A stretch of 45,453 nucleotides of DNA, from positions 1 through 45,453 of the forward strand of contig JACRGP010000110.1 of NCBI GenBank assembly GCA_016217765.1. Reading direction: 5' to 3'. The notes beneath the pieces were generated by a model. It did no database searches. It saw only the letters and a program-made list of their open reading frames with translations, and had not been told where the DNA came from. Source of the stretch: Nitrospinota bacterium (GTDB lineage Bacteria > Nitrospinota > Nitrospinia > Nitrospinales > JACRGP01). Shown here piece after piece: positions 18,430 to 27,962 of this stretch. A program made the translations under genes and the position numbers. The stretch's first letter is position 1. Each line of letters starts with the position of its first letter.

Positions 18430-19721
18430 GTCGCAGGTTGATTGTGCAGAAATACGGCGGGACTTCGGTGGGCACCATCGAGCGCATCAGGAAGGTCGCC
18501 GAGAGGGTTGCCCGGGCGAAGCGGGAAGGGGTGGACGTGATGGTGGTGGTTTCCGCCATGGCCGGGGAGACGGACAAACTCCTCAACATGGCCCGGCAGA
18601 TTTCGGATTCCCCCAACCGCCGGGAGATCGATCTTTTGCTTTCCTCCGGGGAGAGGATTTCCAGCGCGCTGGTGACCATCGCCTTGAACGCCATCGGATG
18701 CCCGGCCGTTTCCCTGACCGGCAGGCAGATGGGCCTGTTGACCGACAACACCCACACCCGCGCCCGCATCAAGCAGATCGACGGCGCCCGGGCCAGGAAA
18801 TTTCTGCAGGAGAACCACGTCGTGGTGGTCGCCGGATTCCAGGGGATCAACGAGCGCGGCGACGTGACCACGCTGGGCCGGGGCGGGTCGGACACCTCCG
18901 CCGTCGCGCTCGCCGTCGCGCTGAACGCCGGCAGTTGCGAGATATACACCGACGTGGACGGGGTCTACACCTCGGACCCCAACGTCGTCCCCGACGCCCG
19001 GAAACTGGACGTCGTTTCCTACGAGGAAATGCTGGAGATGGCCAGCCTGGGGGCCAAGGTCCTGCAGATCCGGAGCGTGGAATTCGCCAAGAACTTCAAC
19101 ATGCCGCTCGTCGTCCGCTCCTCGTATAACGACGAGCCGGGCACCCTGATATGCAAGGAGGATTCGAAGATGGAACAGCCGGTCGTTTCCGGTGTGATGT
19201 ACGACAAGAACCAGACCAAGATCACCGTCTCCGGGGTCCCGGACCAACCGGGCGTCGCCGCCCGGATTTTCGGCGCGCTGGCCGCCGCCGAACTCTCCGT
19301 GGACATGATCATCCAGAACGTGAGCGCCGAGAACCATACGGACATATCGTTCACGCTGGCCGCCGCCGACGCGGGCGAGGCGGCGGAGATCATGAGGAAA
19401 GTCGCCCCCGACCTCCGCGCCTCGGGCGTCTCCTGCAACTCCGATATCGCCAAGATCTCCATCGTGGGGGCGGGCATGAGGAGCCACTCCGGCGTCGCCG
19501 CGCGCATGTTCAATGGCCTTTCCCGGGAGAACATCAACATCATGATGATCAGCACCTCGGAAATCCGCATCTCGTGCGTCATCGAGAAAAAATACGCGGA
19601 ACTCGCGACGCGCGTCCTGCACGAGGAATTCGGGTTGAGCCGGGAAGCGGTCCGTTCCGACGCAAAATCGAGGCCGGTCAAAAGCAAACCCCAGCCGAGG
19701 AGAAAAGCCGCGGGATCATGA
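18426..19721 (+). CDS. lysC: Aspartate kinase
   Basis: [27 protein letters not shown] and two ACT domains (ISTSEI). Confidence 0.97.
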   Translation: MSRRLIVQKYGGTSVGTIERIRKVAERVARAKREGVDVMVVVSAMAGETDKLLNMARQISDSPNRREIDLLLSSGERISSALVTIALNAIGCPAVSLTGRQMGLLTDNTHTRARIKQIDGARARKFLQENHVVVVAGFQGINERGDVTTLGRGGSDTSAVALAVALNAGSCEIYTDVDGVYTSDPNVVPDARKLDVVSYEEMLEMASLGAKVLQIRSVEFAKNFNMPLVVRSSYNDEPGTLICKEDSKMEQPVVSGVMYDKNQTKITVSGVPDQPGVAARIFGALAAAELSVDMIIQNVSAENHTDISFTLAAADAGEAAEIMRKVAPDLRASGVSCNSDIAKISIVGAGMRSHSGVAARMFNGLSRENINIMMISTSEIRISCVIEKKYAELATRVLHEEFGLSREAVRSDAKSRPVKSKPQPRRKAAGS

Positions 19722-21301
19722 GGACCATCAAACTCTACGACACCACCCTCCGCGACGGCGCCCAAGGCGAGGACGTTTCCTTCACGGTCGAGGACAAGGT
19801 CCGCATTGCCCACAAACTGGACGAACTCGGCGTCCATTACATCGAAGGCGGTTGGCCCGGCTCCAATCCCCGCGACATCGAATTCTTCAAAAAGATAAAA
19901 CGCTCCTCCTTCGCCCAGGCCCGGGTCGCGGCGTTCGGGAGCACGAGGCGCCCCGAAAAGTCCGCCGAGGACGACCCCAACCTCCAAGGCCTCCTGTCCG
20001 CGGAGACGGAGGCGGTCACCATTTTCGGCAAATCCTGGGACATGCACGTGCGCGAGGCGTTGGGCTCCACGCTGGACGAGAACCTCAGGATGGTCGGCGA
20101 TTCCGTGAAGTACCTGAAGAAACGGCTGGCGGAAGTCCTGTTCGACGCGGAACACTTTTTCGACGGTTACAAGCGAAACCCGGAATACGCCCTGAAGGTG
20201 GTCAAGGAAGCCGAATCCGCCGGGGCGGATTGGATCGTTCTCTGCGACACCAACGGCGGGTCCCTGCCTTCCGAAATCAAGGCGATTTTCGAAACCGTCA
20301 AGAAACACTGCGGGGCCAGACTGGCCATCCACACCCACAACGATTCCGAGCTGGCCGTGGCCAACGCCATTGCCGCCGTGGAAGCCGGCGCCGAGCAGGT
20401 GCAGGGCACGATCAACGGCTACGGCGAGCGTTGCGGCAACGCCAACCTCGTTTCCCTCATCCCCAACATCAAGCTCAAGTTGGGCATGGACTGCGTTTCC
20501 GGCGAACAGATGGCCCGTTTGAAGGACGTGTCGTCTTTCGTCGACGAACTCGCGAACAAGGCCCACTGGAGCCATCAGCCTTACGTCGGCAAAAGCGCGT
20601 TCGCCCACAAGGGGGGCGTGCACGTCAACGCCATCAGGAAAAACCGCGAGACCTACGAACACGTGGAGCCCGAGGCCGTGGGCAACCGGCGCCGGATACT
20701 CATTTCCGACCTTTCCGGGAGAAGCGCCATCCTCTACAAGGCCGAGGAATACGGCATCGACCTCGACGGCGAGGACCCGAAACTCAAAAAAATCCTCGAG
20801 ACGTTGAAAACCTCGGAAAACCTCGGCTTCCAGTACGAAGGCGCCGAAGCCTCGTTCGAACTGCTGATGCGCGACGCCCTGGGGGAGAAGGAAATCTTTT
20901 TCGATTTCATCGGCTACCGCGTGATCGTCGAGAAGCGGCGCGAGGACGAAACCCCCATCTCCGAGGCCACCGTGAAGATCCGGGTCAACGGCGTCCCGGA
21001 GGTCACCGCGGCCGAGGGGACGGGTCCCGTCGACGCCCTCGACAAGGCCATACGCAAGGCCCTCGGCAAATTCTATCCGGAACTGGAGGACGTCAACCTG
21101 TGCGATTACAAGGTCAGGATCCTGGACGAGAAAAAAGGGACCGGCGCGAAAATCCGCGTGCTGGTGGAGTCCGGGGACCATCATTCCAAGTGGGGCACGG
21201 TGGGTGTTTCGGAAAACATCATCGAAGCCAGTTGGCAGGCGCTGATCGACAGCATCCAGTATAAATTGAACTCCTTTTCGAAAGCCAGGGAACGCCCCTG
21301 A
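19718..21301 (+). CDS. cimA: Citramalate synthase
   Basis: [59 protein letters not shown]; ATGA overlap with lysC. Confidence 0.93.
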   Translation: MRTIKLYDTTLRDGAQGEDVSFTVEDKVRIAHKLDELGVHYIEGGWPGSNPRDIEFFKKIKRSSFAQARVAAFGSTRRPEKSAEDDPNLQGLLSAETEAVTIFGKSWDMHVREALGSTLDENLRMVGDSVKYLKKRLAEVLFDAEHFFDGYKRNPEYALKVVKEAESAGADWIVLCDTNGGSLPSEIKAIFETVKKHCGARLAIHTHNDSELAVANAIAAVEAGAEQVQGTINGYGERCGNANLVSLIPNIKLKLGMDCVSGEQMARLKDVSSFVDELANKAHWSHQPYVGKSAFAHKGGVHVNAIRKNRETYEHVEPEAVGNRRRILISDLSGRSAILYKAEEYGIDLDGEDPKLKKILETLKTSENLGFQYEGAEASFELLMRDALGEKEIFFDFIGYRVIVEKRREDETPISEATVKIRVNGVPEVTAAEGTGPVDALDKAIRKALGKFYPELEDVNLCDYKVRILDEKKGTGAKIRVLVESGDHHSKWGTVGVSENIIEASWQALIDSIQYKLNSFSKARERP

Positions 21302-21499
21302 CCCGGACATGACATGAGCGGATGATCCATGGCGGCGCTTCGGGTTTTGGGAAATGAACTCGCCGGCGTCTCCTGGAGAGGAAAAATACCGGACGCGAAA
21401 AGCGCCTTGGTTTTGTCCCCCCTTGCAAAGGGGGATCGGGGGATTTGGACCCGTTGTCCGCGATCGCGGCTTGAATCCCCCCGGACCTCTTTACAAGGG
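21302..21499 (-). mobile_element. Family-1 element, copy C (inverted, shorter internal spacer)
   Basis: 21319-21447 is the reverse complement of about 2291-2418 with few differences; GAATCCCCCCGGACCTCTTTACAAGGG matches the other REP unit. It abuts the cimA stop codon. Confidence 0.8.
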
Positions 21500-21769
21500 C
21501 GCTACGCCATGGAGCGCAAGAGGAGCGAAACCGCCCTCCGGGAAAGCGAGGGCAGGTACCGGCTGATTTTCAAACAGATGCAGTCCATCGTCGAGGGGAT
21601 CGGCACGGCCAAGGAGGCGGGCAAGGGACTCGGTTTGGGGCTCTCCATTTCCTTAAGCATCGTCAAGGGCTTTGGGGGGATCATACATGCGTCTAATCAT
21701 AAGGACGGCGGGGCCCTGTTCACGGTCGCCTTCCCTCGTCTTGTTTCGCCTGGGAGGGCGGAGGAATGA
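21500..21769 (+). pseudogene. Internally deleted sensor histidine kinase remnant
   Basis: RYAMERKRSETALRESE signalling helix joined directly to TAKEAGKGLGLGLSIS...GGALFTVAFP (HATPase C-terminus). No H-box or N-box. ATGA overlap with the downstream regulator. Confidence 0.8.
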
Positions 21770-23136
21770 AGTCCAACGGCAAGGTGATTTTCATAGACGA
21801 CGAAAAGCACGTCCGCCTTGCGCGCGAGCAAACCCTGCGCCTCGCCAACTACGAGGTCACATGCCTGGCTTCCGCCGAGGAGGCGTTGAGGATCCTGACG
21901 CCGGAATGGGGCGGCGCGCTGGTCTGCGATATTAAAATGCCGGGCATGGACGGGATGACTTTGCTGAGGAAGGCGATGGAAATCGACCCGGAAATCCCGG
22001 TGGCGCTGGTGACCGGCCATGGCGACGTCGCCATGGCGGTGGAGGCCATGCGCGCGGGCGCTTACGATTTTCTGGAAAAACCCTGTCCGACGGACGTGTT
22101 TCTCGACGTCGTCAAACGCGCCGTCGAGAAACGCCGCCTGGTCATGGAAAACCGGGAGCTACGTTCCCGGCTCGACTCCCAATGCGAGCCGCTGTCCCGG
22201 ATCCAGGGGCGGTCGCCCGCCGTCGAGCGGTTGCGGACGGCCATAAATAGTATTGCCCAAACGGACGTTGACGTTCTGGTCCGGGGCGAGACGGGGACGG
22301 GCAAGGAACTGGCCGCCCGATGTCTCCACGACCAGAGCCGGCGGAGGGACAGGCGGTTCGTCGCCGTCAATTGCGGGGCGCTCCCCGAGAGCATCATCGA
22401 AAGCGAACTGTTCGGCCACGAGGCGGGGGCTTTTACCGGCGCCCATTCCCGGCGCGTCGGCAAGTTCGAATACGCCGATAAAGGGACTATTTTCCTGGAC
22501 GAGGTCGAGAGCATACCCTACCCCTCGCAGGTCAAACTCCTGCGCGTCCTGCAGGAGCGGACCGTCGAGCGGCTGGGGTCCAACGAGCCGGTCTCCCTGG
22601 ATATCCGCGTCGTCGCCGCGACCAAGAGCGACCTGAAGGAAATCAGCGTGGCGGGACGCTTCCGCGACGACCTCTACTACCGCCTCAATGTGGCGACCCT
22701 GTATCTCCCTCCTCTCCGCGAGCGCAAGGAGGACATCCCCTTGCTGTTGCAAAGTTTCGTGCTGGAGGCCTGTTCGCGTTACCGATGCCGTCCCCCTGAA
22801 TTGTCGAGAGATACGATACAAGACCTGCTTTCCCGGAATTGGGAAGGCAACGCGCGGGAACTCAAAAACGAGGCGGAACGGTTCGTCCTGAACCGTCAAT
22901 TTCAGATGGACCTCTCGGGAGAACCGCCGGCGGAGGACTTCAACCTCCGGTCGAAAGACGCGCGGTCCATGCCGCTCTCCCGGCAAGTGAACGAATTCGA
23001 GAAGGTGTTGATCGAGCAGGAACTCATCCGCCAGAAAGGGGACATCAAGAAAACCCATACCGCATTGGGTCTTCCCCGGCAAACCCTGTACGATAAAATG
23101 AACAAATACGGCCTCAAAAGGACCGATTATATTTAA
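21766..23136 (+). CDS. Sigma-54-dependent response regulator (DctD/NtrC family)
   Basis: REC domain (IDDE, CDIKMPGMDG, TGHGD, EKP), AAA+ domain (GETGTGKE, ESELFGHEAGAFTGA, FLDE, FRDDLYYRL), Fis-type HTH ending LYDKM as in DctD. Confidence 0.93.
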   Translation: MKSNGKVIFIDDEKHVRLAREQTLRLANYEVTCLASAEEALRILTPEWGGALVCDIKMPGMDGMTLLRKAMEIDPEIPVALVTGHGDVAMAVEAMRAGAYDFLEKPCPTDVFLDVVKRAVEKRRLVMENRELRSRLDSQCEPLSRIQGRSPAVERLRTAINSIAQTDVDVLVRGETGTGKELAARCLHDQSRRRDRRFVAVNCGALPESIIESELFGHEAGAFTGAHSRRVGKFEYADKGTIFLDEVESIPYPSQVKLLRVLQERTVERLGSNEPVSLDIRVVAATKSDLKEISVAGRFRDDLYYRLNVATLYLPPLRERKEDIPLLLQSFVLEACSRYRCRPPELSRDTIQDLLSRNWEGNARELKNEAERFVLNRQFQMDLSGEPPAEDFNLRSKDARSMPLSRQVNEFEKVLIEQELIRQKGDIKKTHTALGLPRQTLYDKMNKYGLKRTDYI

Positions 23137-23393
23137 GATCGTATCGCGGGTTTCTTTTGTAAAAGCCAGCGCTTCCCCTGCATTCCCTCCCACCAACCGG
23201 ATACCCCAAAAAAACGGGTTCTGTTTTTGCCTTTTGAGGCCAATTGCCACATAGGCAATATTCGGAAGTTCGTATACGGGGCGTATGGATTATACGGACT
23301 ATCGTATGCGTCCCCTAGATTCTATTTTGTGTCCGATGCTTGATCCTCTTTGTTTATGACGGTTACAGGTCTTTTAGGAAGGACTTCGGGCTT

Positions 23394-23409
23394 TGGCAGA
23401 CTTTTTGCT
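23394..23409 (+). promoter_or_regulatory. Sigma-54 (-24/-12) promoter
   Basis: TGGCAGACTTTTTGCT = GG-N10-GC, about 260 bp downstream of a sigma-54 activator gene, with palindromes upstream. Confidence 0.7.
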
Positions 23410-23416
23410 GGTCCTA

Positions 23417-23521
23417 ACGCAAGACGCGGCCCAGGGCGCGCGCGAGACCCGGCGGTCGGCGGAAGAGCTTTCCCGCATGGCCGCCGAGCTCCAGACGATC
23501 GTCGGCCGGTTCAAGGGTTGA
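23417..23521 (+). pseudogene. 3' remnant of a methyl-accepting chemotaxis protein gene
   Basis: Translates to TQDAAQGARETRRSAEELSRMAAELQTIVGRFKG-stop, a typical MCP C-terminal methylation helix. Not in the ORF track. Confidence 0.7.
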
Positions 23522-23623
23522 TTCGATCGCGGAAGGGGGGCAAGAGGGGGCGAAGGGGCGGCTCGCCGCTGGAAATGCCGTTGCCGGGCGGCGCGAGGAA
23601 CGGCAAATTCCGTCCCGCTACGT

Positions 23624-26600
23624 TCAGCGCGCCGTCCTGAGGAGAGAGCCCACGGTTTTTCGATAGAAACTTCGCACCGCTTGCGTTGTTTTTTCGTAAT
23701 CGGCCAGAAGCGTTTGCGCCAGCTCCTGGGTGGTTGCCTTCGGGTAACCCATCAACCGGGCGAGGGCGGCGAGGGAATCGGTTTCGCAGGGCAGGTTGTT
23801 GGCGAACGCGGGGCTGGAAATACGAAGAGCGCACTCCAGGTTGCGCAGGAAAAGGTAGTTTGCCCCGAGGCGTTCCGCGGCGTCCTGCTCGACGATTCCA
23901 TTGAGGGCCAGGAGGTTCAAGGCGTCCAGGGTGTTCGTGGCGCGTAGTTTTTTGTGCCGGTAGCCGCGCGTCAATTGCAGGATTTGGACGGCGAATTCGA
24001 TGTCGGCCAGCCCCCCGTAACCGAGCTTGACGTTACGCCCTTTCTGGACTTCCCTTGCGATCTCCAGTTCCATCCGTTCCCTGAGACGCGAAATTTCGAT
24101 CAAGTCCCCGTACTCCAGTTTTGGGGAATAGCAGAAGGCATGGGCGACGTTCAGGAATTTTTCCCCCAGACCGGCGTGTCCCGCGACGAACCGGGCCCGG
24201 GTGAGGGCCTGCCGTTCCCAGGTCCGCGCCCGGTTGTTGAAATAGTCTTCGTACCCTTGCAGGGAAAGGACCAGAAGGCCCTTGCTTCCGTCCGGCCGCA
24301 GGTCGGTGTCTATTTTATAGGCGTACCCCGCCGTCGTGACCTCGGAGGTCAACTGGACCAGCGTCTGGGAAAGCGAAATATAATGCGCGAGCGCGTCTTC
24401 CGAGGACATCCCGCGGGAACCGCCCGCCGGTTCGTCGTAGACGAAGACCATGTCCAGGTCCGACCCGAAATTGAGTTCGCGGCCCCCGAGTTTTCCCATC
24501 CCGATGACGGCAAAGTCGCATGGCGGGGGTTGGGCGAGTTTCGACTGGTTCGCGGTTTCCTCGCAGGCCAGGGCGAACGCGATCTGCAGGAACGCGTCCG
24601 CGAGGTTGGACAAGTCCGAAAGCGTTCCCCGCAGGTCGGCTTCTTGGATAAGGTATCTCATGCCGATGCGGAGCTCCTCGCCCTGCTTGAAGCGGCGCAG
24701 GAGTATTTTCTTCGCCTGAAGGTTGCCGCGGAGGCCCGGGCTTCGGCGTAACTCCTCCAGGATTTTCTCCTGCGGCTTGAAACGGTAGATCGATTCCAGG
24801 TTGAGCAGGACGTCGGTGAAAGCGGGTTGCTTCACAAGGATTTCCGACAGGTAATCGCTCCCGCCGAAAAGGACGAGGAGCAGTTCGAGGAACTTGTCGT
24901 TGTCCTTGAGGATGTCGAGATAGGTTTCCCGCGCCCTGCTGGCCTCCACGAAGCGGACCAGGTTTTCAACGGCGGAGTTGGGCTTGGGCGTTTCCCGGCA
25001 ACGCGCGAGGATTTTGGGAAGGACGAGATAAAAGTTCTGGACGCTCTTCTCCGTGGGGTGGGAGAACTCGGGGCCGTCCCTCAAGGATTGAAGGAATTGG
25101 AAGGCGCGTTGCGGGTCGGAGAAAGGGATGTCTTTCAGCGCCTCGATGGCGAACTGGGACTCGTCGAACGCCGATTTTTTTTTCTCCTCCTGGAAGGCGA
25201 TTTCCCTGGCCTCCTCCTTTTTGCTCTCGGCGAACAATCCGGCGAAAAGAGCGCCGACAAATTGAGTGTGTTTTTCGTATTCCTCGAACAGCCGCGCGAT
25301 AAGGTCCTGGGGGTTTCTTCCAGACAGGCCCATTTTTCTGGCGAGGATGGCGAGGTTAGCCGGGTCCCTGGGCAGGCGATGGGTTTGCAGGCCAAAGGAG
25401 ATCTGCACCCGGTTCTCCAGGTTGCGGAGAAAAATGTAGGCGTCCCGGAGGCGTTGACGGTCGGAATCCGGGACAAAGCCGCCTTCGCGCAACCGGTCGA
25501 GCATGTCCAGGGTATTCCGGCCTCTCAGGCGCTTGTCCCGCCCGCCAAAGAGAAGCTGGTAGCTCTGGACCGTGAACTCGACTTCCCGGATGCCGCCGAA
25601 CCCGAGCTTGATGTTTCCCTTCTCCGCTTTTTTCCGCCGCAGGTCCTGGTCGATCTTGTCCTTCATGGACTTGATTTCATCGACGGCGGCGAAATCCAGG
25701 TGTTTCCTGTAAATGAAGGGCTCGATCATGGCGAAAAATTCGTTCCCCAGGGCCTCGCTCCCGGCGGACACTCGCGCCTTGATCAAGGCTTGCCGCTCCC
25801 ATGTCCGTCCCCAGGACTGGTAATAAATTTCCGAGCTGGCCAGGGAGTTGGCGATCTCGCCGCCATGCCCTTCCGGGCGGAGGTTCAGGTCGACGCGAAA
25901 GACGTTGCCGTCCCGGTCGATTTCGTTGATGGTCCGGGTGACCGTCTGGGCCAGCTTCGTGGAATATTCGTGGTTCGTGATTTTCACGCAGTCGGGGGCC
26001 GACGGGTCCGGCCGCGTCTCGCCCATGCTGGACGAGTAGATGTAAATGAGGTCGATGTCCGAACTGAAATTCAACTCCCGGCCGCCGAGTTTTCCCATGC
26101 CCAGGATGGCGAACTCCGATTCCTTCCAGGCGCCGTCGGCGCATTGGTAAAAAGGGACGCCGTGTTTTTTCTTGAGGCGCCGGTCGGCGAATTCGTAGGC
26201 GATTTGGAGGCAGACGTCGGCGATGTTGGATATGTCCTCCGCCGTTTCCTTGAATTCAGCCAGTCCCAGCAGGTCTCGCAGTCCGACGCGGATGTACTCT
26301 CTTTTTTTGAAGAGGCGGAGGAGCCTGGGCGTCTCGTCGCCAAGGTACCGGTCCCCGGCCATTTCATGGAAATCCCGGTACAGGAGGTCCTTGGACTTCG
26401 GTTTGCTCAGGGTCTCCGGCTGTTTCAGCCAGTCGAAATAAGAGGGGTCGTTGATGAGGGCGTCGCTCAAAAACTGGCTTCCGGAAAAAAGCGCGATCAG
26501 GGCTTTCAGGAGCTCGGGCGAGCCGTGGAGGATCGTGTAAAAATAATTTTTATCGTAGAGTTTCTCCGCGAACCGCTCGAAATTGGAAAGGGCGACGTCG

Positions 26601-26809
26601 GGGTTGAAGGACCCGGCCAGGAGTTCCAGCGCCGCCGGAAAAAACGCGGGGAACAGTTCCTGAAAGTTGGCTTGCCCTGCCAGGGCCGTCAAGTTCCTCC
26701 AGGCGTTTTGAGGTTCGCTGAAACCGCTTTCCCCGAGCGATGTCTCGACCAAGGCGTCCCAAGGGCGGTTTTGATAGATCCACTGGCAGATGTCGGCGCT
26801 TTTATTCAT
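23624..26809 (-). CDS. glnE: Glutamine synthetase adenylyltransferase/deadenylase
   Basis: Two nucleotidyltransferase repeats, GMGKLGGRELNFSSDIDL and GMGKLGGRELNFGSDLD, plus WERQAL and KLGxGGxxxxEF; located in the glnA cluster. Confidence 0.95.
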   Translation of the reverse strand: MNKSADICQWIYQNRPWDALVETSLGESGFSEPQNAWRNLTALAGQANFQELFPAFFPAALELLAGSFNPDVALSNFERFAEKLYDKNYFYTILHGSPELLKALIALFSGSQFLSDALINDPSYFDWLKQPETLSKPKSKDLLYRDFHEMAGDRYLGDETPRLLRLFKKREYIRVGLRDLLGLAEFKETAEDISNIADVCLQIAYEFADRRLKKKHGVPFYQCADGAWKESEFAILGMGKLGGRELNFSSDIDLIYIYSSSMGETRPDPSAPDCVKITNHEYSTKLAQTVTRTINEIDRDGNVFRVDLNLRPEGHGGEIANSLASSEIYYQSWGRTWERQALIKARVSAGSEALGNEFFAMIEPFIYRKHLDFAAVDEIKSMKDKIDQDLRRKKAEKGNIKLGFGGIREVEFTVQSYQLLFGGRDKRLRGRNTLDMLDRLREGGFVPDSDRQRLRDAYIFLRNLENRVQISFGLQTHRLPRDPANLAILARKMGLSGRNPQDLIARLFEEYEKHTQFVGALFAGLFAESKKEEAREIAFQEEKKKSAFDESQFAIEALKDIPFSDPQRAFQFLQSLRDGPEFSHPTEKSVQNFYLVLPKILARCRETPKPNSAVENLVRFVEASRARETYLDILKDNDKFLELLLVLFGGSDYLSEILVKQPAFTDVLLNLESIYRFKPQEKILEELRRSPGLRGNLQAKKILLRRFKQGEELRIGMRYLIQEADLRGTLSDLSNLADAFLQIAFALACEETANQSKLAQPPPCDFAVIGMGKLGGRELNFGSDLDMVFVYDEPAGGSRGMSSEDALAHYISLSQTLVQLTSEVTTAGYAYKIDTDLRPDGSKGLLVLSLQGYEDYFNNRARTWERQALTRARFVAGHAGLGEKFLNVAHAFCYSPKLEYGDLIEISRLRERMELEIAREVQKGRNVKLGYGGLADIEFAVQILQLTRGYRHKKLRATNTLDALNLLALNGIVEQDAAERLGANYLFLRNLECALRISSPAFANNLPCETDSLAALARLMGYPKATTQELAQTLLADYEKTTQAVRSFYRKTVGSLLRTAR

Positions 26810-26842
26810 TAGTTCGTTCGTGTCGGAAAGGCGGGGCGGACA

Positions 26843-27631
26843 TCATAACAATTCGCCGCGGAAAACGGTGACGGCCTGCCCCGCGAGAATCGCTCTGCCG
26901 CCGTTGAGGCGGACGCGCAGGATTCCTCCGCGCGCCGACGCCTGGTAAGCCGTGAACTCTCTTTTTCGCAAGCGTTCGGCCCAGTAAGGCGCGAGGCAAC
27001 AATGGGCGGAACCGGTGACCGGGTCTTCGTCGATGCCCGCGCGCGGAGCGAAAAAACGGGAGATGAAGTCGTATTCCATGGAATCGGAAACGCAGGTGAC
27101 GATGACCCCGCGGACGGGCAGAACGCTCAAGAGTTGCAAATCCGGTTTCATGGCGCGGAGGGTTTCGGGACTTTCCACCTCGACCAGGTAGTCCGTTTGG
27201 TTGTATCCACAACTCTTCGGTTTGACGCCGAGGGCGCGGACAAGTTGTTCCGGCGGCTCTATCGGTTTTGGGGGGGTCGAGGGGAAATCCATCTCGATCC
27301 AGCCGCCCTTGCGTTCGGCGGTCAGGAGGCCGCTCCGGGTATGGAACCGCGCCTGAGAGCCGGGCGGCAACCGTCCGCTTTCCCATAGCGCGTGGGCGCT
27401 GGCGAGGGTGGCATGGCCGCACAAGTCCACTTCCGTGACGGGGGTGAACCAGCGCAGGCGGTAGTCGCCGCCTTCTTCCAGGAGGAACGCGGTTTCGGAC
27501 AAATTCATTTCCCTGGCGACGGCCTGCATCCACCGTTCCTCTCTTGGCGACGGCAACAGGCAAACCGCCGCCGGATTGCCTTGGAACGGCTTGTCGGTGA
27601 ATGCGTCTACCTGGAGTATTGGGATTCCCAC
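26843..27631 (-). CDS. PhzF family isomerase/epimerase
   Basis: VDAFT, GNPAAV, NLSETAF, EVDLCGHATL, EDPVTGSAHC; GTG start. Confidence 0.93.
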   Translation of the reverse strand: MGIPILQVDAFTDKPFQGNPAAVCLLPSPREERWMQAVAREMNLSETAFLLEEGGDYRLRWFTPVTEVDLCGHATLASAHALWESGRLPPGSQARFHTRSGLLTAERKGGWIEMDFPSTPPKPIEPPEQLVRALGVKPKSCGYNQTDYLVEVESPETLRAMKPDLQLLSVLPVRGVIVTCVSDSMEYDFISRFFAPRAGIDEDPVTGSAHCCLAPYWAERLRKREFTAYQASARGGILRVRLNGGRAILAGQAVTVFRGELL

Positions 27632-27716
27632 TTTTTCGGGTTTTTCAGGGAGCGGGTTATTATCTCAACGCCGGTTGTGTTTCCGAAGGACAGTCTTAAT
27701 GATACGAAGCGCGGTT

Positions 27717-27828
27717 TGAGCCTGTGCGGAGGTTTTTGGAGTGCAAAGCCTCCCGGCTTTGCATGCAACGCGAGGACGCGTTGCGCTCCAAAACTTTTCC
27801 TCTCCACACTCATGCAATATCCAAGCTA
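27717..27828. repeat. Inverted GGAG-type REP doublet carrying a family-1 terminus
   Basis: GGAG-TGCAAAGCC/GGCTTTGCA and the inverted unit TGCAACGCG/CGCGTTGCG-CTCC lie inside an outer stem GTTTTTGGAG/CTCCAAAAC; CTCATGCAATATCC follows at 27809-27822. Confidence 0.7.
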
Positions 27829-27886
27829 AACGAAAAACGTTTTGCGGTTTGTGCCTTGCGTGGCCTATTTGGAGATAATTTACCAT

Positions 27887-27921
27887 AAAAAAAAACCCCT
27901 GGGAAATCCCAGGGGGTTTTT
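27887..27921 (-). terminator. Rho-independent terminator of glnA
   Basis: Minus strand AAAAACCCCCTGGG-ATTT-CCCAGGGGTTTTTTTTT, about 40 bp past the glnA stop. Confidence 0.85.
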
Positions 27922-27962
27922 GCGTTGCGAGGGGTCTTGAATCCCGGCGGGAATCCGGACGC

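Noticed and set aside
27738-27765. GCAAAGCCTCCCGG resembling part of a c-di-GMP-I riboswitch
   Set aside because: The upstream GNRA stem and GGGAC are missing, and the sequence is better explained as a REP hairpin.
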